64,000 bases of DNA from Fonticula alba ATCC 38817 (taxonomy: Eukaryota > Protista > Nucleariida), in NCBI GenBank assembly GCA_000388065.2, contig KB932201.1, one strand, 5' to 3'. The notes under the pieces are model-generated. The model worked only from the letters and a program-made list of their open reading frames with translations, ran no database searches and was not told the DNA's origin. Positions 55,369-64,000 of the stretch are shown here, one piece after another (positions within the stretch are counted from its first letter, which is position 1; each line of letters starts with the position of its first letter). The position numbers and the translations under genes are program-made.

Positions 55369-55769
55369 AGGCACCCCCAGGCGGACGCATGTGTATGCGT
55401 GTATGCATGTACACCTGGGGCACATTCCGTCTCGTGGTTGCATGTTTTCACTCTTCATCTCACTTTCTCCTTCTCCCTCTCTCTCTCTCCTGTTCTTCCG
55501 CAACTTTCCTCCCCTCCCTTCACCACCACCACCACCCTTTGATAGACTCTCCCTTTTTTTCTTCCCTCCCCTTGTTCTGGGTGCTCTTTGCGCAATGCTA
55601 CTCGCTTCGTGGGTCAGTGTGACATCCCCTCCATTCTTTCCCCTCCCCTTGTTGACAGAGGAAATGAGTGCCCGGCGGGCGGCTTGTGGACGAATGTGTT
55701 TTTGGTTTGTATTTTTCCCCCCTGGCACTGCCGGGGTGCAGGTGCTATGCACAGCCTGCTGGGGTCGAT

Positions 55770-57004
55770 TTACGTGCTCGGAGCGGCGCCGGCCCCCGAG
55801 GCCACCTGGCTTGCTTGCCAATTGGAAAAAAGGCTGTTAGCCAGGTCCACCTGAGGTTGGTCGAAGCGGGGGGAAGTCGCATTTGCATTTTTGGATGTGC
55901 GTGCATGTGTGTGCATGCCCCCGGAGGGAGAGATGAGATTAGTGGATCAAGGAAGAAGAGTTTGTGCCATCAAGCACCCGATGGACCGGGGAGGGGACAC
56001 TGGCGGAAGAGGGGGCTGCCCGGGCTATGGCGTACCAGACTCGTGTAGCGGTCGAGTGAGGCCAGAATCGCCTGGTCAAGCGCCTGTGTGGTCTCGCGCA
56101 GGAAGGCGACATTGTGTGCCAGCTCCTCTACTTCGAGATGCTGCTGGCAGATGGCTGGAGGTGGTTTGTCAGCGAGGAGCTTTCGAGGCCAAGCGAGCAG
56201 CGGGGGAAGGAGGCAAGGCAGGGGGGGGGGGGGGGAGGGGAGAGAGAGAATTCTGGATAGGCGCGTGTGCGTACCAAGCGGCGCCGCGGCATCCATCACC
56301 GCATCCGAGTGCTTGGCCACTTCGGCCAAACCCTCAACAACACGATCCAGATCGGAGACCGGGCCCCCCGGACCGGCCGCATCGCGTGGCAGGATGAATG
56401 AGTCAACTAGCGTTCGCTGGACGCGTGCAGGTGGCTGGCTTCCGTCGGTCTCAGTCCGCAGCTCGAGCAGTTGATCGACCGTGCTCGCTGTCGGGCGAAC
56501 AGAGGGGGCATGTGTGTGTGTGCGTGTGCGTGTGCGTGTGCGTGTGCGTGTGTGCGCGCGCGCACGAGGGAGGAAAGAGAACAGGTAAGAAAGAGGAGGC
56601 CCAGGAAGGGAGGGAGATCAAGCGGCCCATTCACTGGAAGCAGGTAGGAGGACAGAAAAGGGACATACAGGCAATCTTCAGTCGGTGACAGGTATCCGAA
56701 AGTCCGGGGCCCGAGGCGTCCAGACTCTTGACGAGACTCTCGAGGCGCTGTTCAACATTGTCCAGTCGGCTTACGAAGGCGGTTTGTTCTTCATCGCCGA
56801 GGCGGAATTCTGCACGGGGAGGGGAGCAGGGGGGGGGGGGGGGGGCGAGAATCCCCAGAGGGTCAGCGAGCGAGGCATAGGGTTGGATGGGACTGGCGCC
56901 AGGCGAGACGCACGGTCAACAAGCTGCTCCAACTGGAGAACCCGGGCTTCGGGATCTGACGAGAGAACTGGCTGAGCAGGAGCAAAGCCACCGATCGCCG
57001 GCAT
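55770..57004 (-). CDS. DCTN3: Dynactin subunit 3 (p22/p24), 214 aa, split into five short exons
   Basis: Exons 57004-56914, 56809-56669, 56487-56275, 56154-56036, 55850-55770, all in phase and ending in TAA. EARVLQLEQLV resembles QARVEELERWV, DSFIL resembles LQFIL, and SLDRYTSLVDLANSLFSNW resembles LLEEYNKTTMLLSKQFVQW of human DCTN3. Confidence 0.72.
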
Positions 57005-57274
57005 GTTTGTGGGGCAAAGGAGAAAAGCGGGAGGGGGCAGCCACAGGGGACAAAGACGGGAGGCAGAGGCGAAGTGGGCGAGAGGGAGAAGAGGAGGGAG
57101 GGGAGGGGAGGCGACAGAGCGTTGCCAGGAGGTCGAGCGACGGGGCTACCGGGACGACATGCCAAAAAAATACCACAGACTCGGACCCGGAGTCAGACCC
57201 TCATCCCCTAGAGGACACGGCGATCTGCCACCCCCCCCGAGGAGCGAGGAGGAGGAGGAGAGCGAGAGGAGAGC

Positions 57275-57305
<31 letters not shown>

Positions 57306-58137
57306 CACGNNNNNNNNNNNNNNNNNNNNNNNNNNNNNNNNNNNNNNNNNNNNNNNNNNNNNNNNNNNNNNNNNNNNNNNNNNNNNNNNNNNNNNNNNNN
57401 NNNNNNNNNNNNNNNNNNNNNNNNNNNNNNNNNNNNNNNNNNNNNNNNNNNNNNNNNNNNNNNNNNNNNNNNNNNNNNNNNNNNCTCGCATGCCGGGACG
57501 TGTTTACTGCTCCTGGCCGAAGAGGCCCCGAGAACGCCAGCACCGAGGAGAACAGGGAGTAGTGGCCGAGGAAACGGCGGGAGGAGGAACTGCCACCGGA
57601 TAGGGCTGTGTCTGGTCAGGTGACCTGGCGGACGCGACCGAACGATCTACCAACTCGGTTCTCCCGACGCTTTGACCCCTGTGTTTCTTCGATCCCTCCT
57701 GCGCCCCCCCCCCCGCCCCACCGCCCTCCTTCTGTTGTTGCTTTAGGTCTCCTCTACAGTGCAGGAAAGGGCTGGGCCGATCCGCACGAACAGTGTCTCG
57801 GAGTTGAGGAGAGGAAGCAGATACCCACAAGAGAACGCGGTAATGTGAAATGATATTGACAGAGCACGGGGGGCACGCGCGCGGGGCTGGACGATGGCGC
57901 CGCGGGGCCGGCCGGGGACAGCCTGCTGAAACTGCACAGCAGCGGCGCTGAGAGGGAAAACGAAAGGGAAGGAGAAAGGGGGCTGGAGGAGGAAGCTCGC
58001 AGAGAGGGGGGGGGGGAAGGGGTGCGTGCTCGCGTCCGCAGAAGCCCGGGTGCCTAGCGGACTCTTGCACAAACTGCACCGGCTGGTGTGCACATGCACT
58101 TAGATACACACACACACACACACATCCCTGTGTCCCA

Positions 58138-61100
58138 TTATGCGGAGACGATCTTAACAAATTCCACCACCGGGTCGAGAATCTGCTTGGCAAAGTTGTC
58201 CACCGAAGGCCCTGGCGTGAAGAGTTGATAGCCAATGGCATGCTGGCAGAAGCTGGAGAACATGGCCTCGCGCTTCTCGCTGACCAGGGCCATGAGCGGA
58301 TTGGCCCGCTTGGAGGACAGCTGCGAGCGCAGAGAGAACTCCCAGAAGGGCGGCGGGTCATCGTACGGGGACTCCGGGGTTTGCTGTGCCAGGAAGTGCA
58401 GGCGGGCCACAATCTCCCCGGAGACATCAGTCTGCGAGCGAATCATGCGACTGGCCAGCTGGGTGGAGGGGTTGAAGATGAGCGCGTTGCAGAAGGTGGC
58501 CAGATTGTGCGGGAGTTCGTGCAGCAACGGGGCCACCGACATCAAGTGCATCTCATTGCTCTGGAGGCTGTAGCGCATGGAGAAGGTGATGAAAACATGA
58601 CTGGAGTGTGACAGGTGTGCCAAGGGCAGCCAGTGTTAGCTGGGGGGGGGGNNNNNNNNNNNNNNNNNNNNNNNNNNNNNNNNNNNNNNNNNNNNNNNNN
58701 NNGGTGGGCATGTGCGTGCGTGTGTGTGTGTGTGTGCAGCGGGGGGAGGGGAAGAGGGGAGAGGGGGGGGCATCCGCAAGATGAAACATGGCCAAATAAC
58801 AGCAGCAGAAGCAACGTACGACAGGGTAGCCATGCCAAGAGTCAGGTCCGGCGAGAGGGTGACACTCGGGTCGATCAGGCCATAGCCCACCGGATCAGCC
58901 AGAGCCGGGCCGATGAAGTAGTGACACATCAGGCTGTACACATAGTCCAGCGGCTGGAACTGCGGGGGGGTGGCCCCGCCGGCCGACATGGCCGTGTGCT
59001 GCTGCTCCGCATGGGCATTGTACAGGATGAGGCAAATCTGCCGGATGGGGATTGAGCAGTACTGCACCGACTCCGACAGGGCAGTGACAATGTCCCGAAC
59101 CAGATTGGACACGGTCATGGAGTTGTTATGGGCAACTTCCTGGCCGACGGCGGCGGGGTCAAGCTGGCACCCGAAAGACACGCAATTAGAAGGGCAGAGA
59201 ATCAGTAAGAGTGCGTGCGTGCGTGCGTGCGTGCGTGTGTGTGTGTGTGTGCAGCCATGAGTCAAGGCCGAGGCGAAGGACTGTAGGCAGAAACCGGAGA
59301 AGGCATGTATGGGGGTATGTTGCCAAGTACCTGCAGGCTGTTGGGCGGGAAGGCCATAATACGTGAGATAATGGGATTGAAGGCCAGCGCCAGCCACTGA
59401 GAGCCATACTGGCGGATAAACAGCTGGAGCATCTGCTGACCGAGGGGATGCTTGCTAAAGAGGCCGCTGTTGAGCGACAGGCTCAGCGACTGACCGCTGA
59501 GGACGTCCGAGCGGATGAGGTCGTACATGAGCGGGACAAAGCGGTCATGCTCATGGAGCAGCTGGACCGTCATAGTCAGGATGTCGGTGGGGTTGGCCTC
59601 GTGGCGGGAGTTGAGGACCGAGCTGACCGCCAAGAGGTTGGGGTTGGCGAGGAGCTGGGTGGTGGCGGTGGCGGTGGCGGTGGCAGGGGGGGGAGACGCA
59701 GCGGGAAACATTCGAGTTAGGAGCTCATGATGCTGGAGAGAGACAAAGGCAGAGGCGGAGAGAGAGAGAGAGATGGAGAAAGGAGCAGGGAGGGAGGGAG
59801 GAAGGGAGACGGAAAAGGACGGGCCACACATACATCGACAAAGTGCGTATATGTCTTGGCGGCGTCGAGCTCCTCCTTGGTCAGGGCTGGCAGACCGACC
59901 GGACCCAGAGAATCGGAGGTCGGCGACCGGGACATGGATGCGACCGCCAGTGCCGCGCCATCATCAAGCGCAGCGCCCAGCTGATTGAGCGAGCCAAACA
60001 CCCCGCCGGAAGCGGGCGAGTGCGGCCGCGAGGGGTTCGGCGAAGAGGCCGACTGCGGCGAAGGGTTGATGCCATCCGCCGCCAGGAGGGCCAAGTCATT
60101 GGCCGAGCGCGAGGAAGAGAGCGCCGCGGCTGCCGACCCCGGAGGGTGGTGGTGATCGATGGAGCTGGGAACGGCGATGGATGCGCGCATGGCGGCCATT
60201 CCGGGACCAGAAGCGCCGCCGACCGTCTGGTGATCGCCAGCCCGCGCGGCGGCCGGGTGCGAGTCGAACCCGGTCTCGGACACGCTGCGTGTGGGGGTGG
60301 TGGTGGCCGAAGCCGAGCCCGAAGTCGCGAGGCCGGCCGCCGAGGCGACACTGCCCGGCAGCTGGGGCAGGGCCACATCCGCCTGGCGGTAGATATTGGA
60401 AATGTCATCATTCAGGCGCCGGGCCACCTCCTGCAGGGAGGAGGAGAAGTCCCCGATGTTGAGCGCGTGTGGCAGTAATGCGGCGGGGCTCTCGGCCCCA
60501 GAGCCGCTAGATGCCCCGGCAGGCGAGGAGAGAGCACGCAGCCGGCTGCGGAAGGCGTCCGGCGTCTCGACCGCCGGATCGCACAGCATCTGGCAACACT
60601 GGATCAGCATCTTGTCCAGGCGGGCCTGCGATGCGGTGGTCTCGATTTGCAACTGCTGGATGCGACTGACCTCCGGCCGGTGCTTGTTCTTGGTGGCGAA
60701 CATGCGCGTGACCGAATCCGTGTACGCATCGCGGGCATTGACCAGATCGATGATGACCTGGTTGAGGCTGGACAGATCGTGCGCCTTGTGGTTCTGCACC
60801 GTCGGGTCCAGCAATGTGCGCTTGGTGAAGCGGTTGATCTCGGTCATGTGGGCGGAGAACCGGCCAAGCACCTTGCCGAGGATGATAAAGTCCGCGCGCA
60901 TCGGCGACAGCGGAGACGAGCTGGAGATGGTGCTGCTGACCTCCATGCAGCTCTTTTTCGATGTCCGCCCAAGGCCAAGGGAGGGGGAAGAAACGGGGGG
61001 AAAGGGGGGAGATGTGAGTGGGGAGGCAATGCCCAGATGCGAGGGAGAGGGCGNNNNNNNNNNGAGGGGCATCGCACCGAGATGACCGGGATAGTCAGGT

Positions 61101-61649
61101 TGGAGAAGCTTTCCAAATTCTTGTAGATGGCCTGCAACGAATCGTGCGTCTTTTCGGAGAAGGTGCGGATGCGAAGGAGGTCCTATATGCGTGGATGGGG
61201 GAATGTCAGGACGGGGAACTGGATCTGTGAACAGGCCGATGCTGTTGGCGTGCGTGCGTGTGCGTGTGCGTATGCGTGGGCAGAGAGAGAGAGAGAGAGA
61301 AAGGGAACAGGGTATGGATGGAGCGGAGAGGGGAAGGCAGAGGGGGGGCCGTGTAAACCACGGCCAAAACTTGGCGAACAAGGAGGAGAGGAATGAGGGC
61401 GGTGGAAGGATGCGCGAGGCAGCGGTGTACCTTGCAATAGGACGTCAACATGTCGCAGTCCAGGAGACGCGACGTGCCGCCTGGCTGGGCGGTGATGTAG
61501 GAGACAACCTCCGCTTCGAGAGGCTTGTCATTGGAGCCGAATAGCTCCGCCGTGTAGGGGGTCACCTGTGGGGTGGGGGTGGGGACAGGGGCTTTCCCGG
61601 GGACCGCCATGGATAGGGCCCGGCCCGGGAGCTTCGAGGCAGACGACAT
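58138..61649 (-). CDS. BAR-like coiled-coil plus degenerate RasGAP-domain protein, about 883 aa
   Basis: Exons 61649-61431, 61182-61078, 60952-59834, 59732-59331, 59163-58820, 58600-58138, in phase; the 3' end could splice further. RasGAP-fold blocks: MLQLFIRQYGSQWLALAFNPII, LQ/LDP..NN, SVQYCSIPIRQIC, YFIGPALADP..YGLI. The N-terminal helical region resembles APPL/ACAP-type BAR domains. Confidence 0.68.
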
Positions 61650-64000
61650 CGGCGGCGGGTGGGACTGGGGGAGGAGCAGACGGGAGGGCGGGGGAGGTGG
61701 AGTATGCGTCTGGGTCTGTGTGTGCGTATGTGAAGCGAATAGCTAGAGAGGATAGACGGTAGGAGGGGGAGGGGAAGGGGGGGGGGGGGCGGGAGGAAGG
61801 GAAGCGTGTGCCTGCGGTTCCGCCAGCACGGGGGGTCAGTCCTGCGGCGCTTCAATGCGTGGGGGCCAACATGCATGGTCTGGCGGGTGGGATGTGCCGG
61901 CCGGTGTCAGGCCGCCCAGGCGAGCGAGGTGCCGGCCGTGTGTCGGTGCGCGTTCTCCCGCGGGCTGGGGGCGCAGTGGAGCAGGGCGAGGGAAGAGCCC
62001 CGAAGCCATGGTGACCCCACACAACCGTCCGGGCCCTCCCAATCATCACCCGGTCAGTCCCTCGGTTGGGGATCGGCGGCCGCACCGAGGGGTGATGCTT
62101 TCATGGAAGATTGTTGTGAGAGCGCGAGCCGGCCCAAACACCTGTACATGGCTGCCCCTTTGCCGTGCGAGGGCGGGGGCGGCGGGGCGCTGNNNNNNNN
62201 NNNNNNNNNNNNNNNNNNNNNNNNNNNGGGGGGGGGGGGCAGCACGTCCGGTGAAGGGCTCCCCCCGCTCTGTCGCTGCGCCCGCCTGGAGCCGTCTTCG
62301 GGTCCCTCCTTCCTGTGCGGCCGGCGTGCGACCGGACCGGGGTACGATCATCTGGTCGCGCGCCTAAAACACATCAACACAATGTACACATTCCCTCGGG
62401 AGTCTCCTCGAGCGTCATCAAATCGGGCAGCCCTGCGGGCCGGGGGAAAAAACAGTCGCTCCAACACGTTCCGCCCCCTGCCGCCACCGCCGGCGCCGGC
62501 GCCAGTGCCGCCGCCGGTGGTTCCCCCCTGGACCCCTTCCCCCAAAGAGCCCCCGGCCGAAATCAATAAGCTCGGCCTCTTCTCCCCGTACACATACTTC
62601 TGAGACCCTTCCGTATGGCGGTCTCTCCGCCCGCTGGAGTATCCTCCTCGCACAGCAAGGTCGCCCCGTGCTCCCCCGCCCCCGCTCGCTCACCCACCCG
62701 CCCCGTTGGATCAAACAAAGGCGGTCCCCGGCCGGCGCCCCTTCCTGCGGAAAAGCACACACGTCCAGCGCCGTGGCGCAGCAGCCAGCACCCCCGCTCG
62801 CCCCCTGTATTTACGAGGCGTTGATGCATTCCACACGCCATCAAGCCGGTGTCTTGTCCGGGTGAGGGCCCCGGTAGCTCGCTTCTTCCCTCAGATCTCC
62901 GGAATCAGGCTGGCTGCCCTTCCTCTCGCGCTCTGGCCAGCCGCGCTCCACCCTGCCCACCCTTCCCTACAGAGAGGTCGAGGACCACTCCCCCGCGGCC
63001 GCCCCCCCCCCTCGAGTGCAGAGCGGTGTTTCGTCCCCCACCCCGGCCGGCGCCCCCCTCTCGCGCAGACTCGGTTCTTGATCCAACCACCGACGCCGGG
63101 GCCAGCGGGAGGAAAGGGGTAAATACCGATGGGGCGGTGGTCACGGGATGGGTCATGTGCCTTCCGGCTCGAGGCATGACGTGTCGATCACGGACCCCTG
63201 AGACAAGGCCCTTTTCGCCAAGCCCCGTCCATCAACCCCGGCCCTCACAGGTAACCCCGGGGGAGGGGGGGGGATATACATGCGCGCTTTCCCAGAGTCC
63301 CGCCTGTGCCAGCCATCGACGACGCGTGTGCTCAGGACCGGGGAAAAAATAATAGTGCACCGCGAACTCCCTGGAGCCGTCTGCGCCCTGCTGTGGTGTG
63401 GCAAAAATTGGGCCGCGCACTCGTCAGGCTTCGGAAAAAATGACCGGTCCGCCGTCGCCGGGCCCCTGCCGGTGGTCCTTGCTCGTCCGTCCCCCAACTC
63501 AGGATCGGCCTGCGCGTTTTCTTCTTCTTTTTTTTTCAGCGCCCGGCCACCAGGCCCGTGCCGGGACCATCCTCTGGGGGGGGGGATGCGGTGGGCCACT
63601 GTGATGGTGCGAACGGCGAGGGGGGTGGGGTGGCCCGAGGTGTGGGCAGATCCATCGAGTGTGCACGCCCTCCGTCGGGCTGCCTGCTCGCCCACCCGGG
63701 TCCCCGAGTCTTTTGCCAAGGTAACACCGCCGCGCTTGATAAGACCGCATTCTTTCGCCGGAGCCCGACCTCTGGCGGAATGTCTCGACCGCCACAAACT
63801 CCAGGCGGAGGGCCGGGGGGGAGGGGCACACGACAAAAAACGCCTCTTGCTTACAAAGAGCTGGGCACTCAGGGGGGCGCGGCTGGCAGTCGGGTGTGTG
63901 CGTGTGTGTGTGTGTGCACGCCCGTCTCACCGACGAACGTCAGGTCACCCTTCCAGAGGGGGGAGGTAGAGGGGCATGGGGCGGCACGCCGCCGAAAGGA

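Noticed and set aside
53392-57284. Identical 36-bp fragment plus poly-G at 53392-53437 and 57239-57284; also an identical 34-mer at 44588-44621 and 46047-46080
   Set aside because: At least one copy of each pair lies at or next to an N gap and G homopolymer, so these are most likely gap-edge misassembly rather than a dispersed element. There are no terminal repeats or target-site duplications. Long reads would settle it.
57500-58100. Possible extra exons extending the BAR-RasGAP-like gene toward DCTN3
   Set aside because: This needs weak donors (GTCTCC, GTCCGC) and crosses an N gap. The natural stop at 58138 and DCTN3's own ATG at 57004 explain the region more simply.
61806-63969. Several 100-265-aa ORFs at the window end
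   Set aside because: They are low-complexity, lack family motifs and splice support, and are expected by chance at this GC content.

Overview
Intron-rich, GC-rich eukaryotic genomic DNA with many microsatellites, poly-G/C tracts and N gaps. No prokaryotic, CRISPR, rRNA, tRNA or transposon features were found. The gene set looks like a unicellular opisthokont; a Fonticula-like protist is my inference and is unverified. I reconstructed 14 spliced protein-coding genes by hand, checking GT-AG boundaries and reading-frame phase (the SETD4-like 5' junction lies in a gap): an EFA6/PSD Arf-GEF, CDIN1 nuclease, HPS4-like longin protein, SETD4-like methyltransferase, a Cys-rich GPI-type surface protein, a choice-of-anchor-I/MSP130-like surface protein, VPS45, GlnRS, RBMX2, a MAPK-type dual-specificity phosphatase, a myotubularin, UQCC2/Cbp6, DCTN3 and a BAR plus RasGAP-like protein. 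Family assignments come from motifs I recall, not from database searches. The most striking observations are: (1) the choice-of-anchor-I/MSP130-like protein appears circularly permuted relative to the bacterial family and has lost its conserved acidic motifs; (2) the BAR-RasGAP protein lacks both catalytic arginines; (3) 5' splice sites are mostly GTRCGY, with C at +4 in 39 of 48 introns; (4) the GPI-type protein is built from two copies of an unrecognised 9-cysteine domain.
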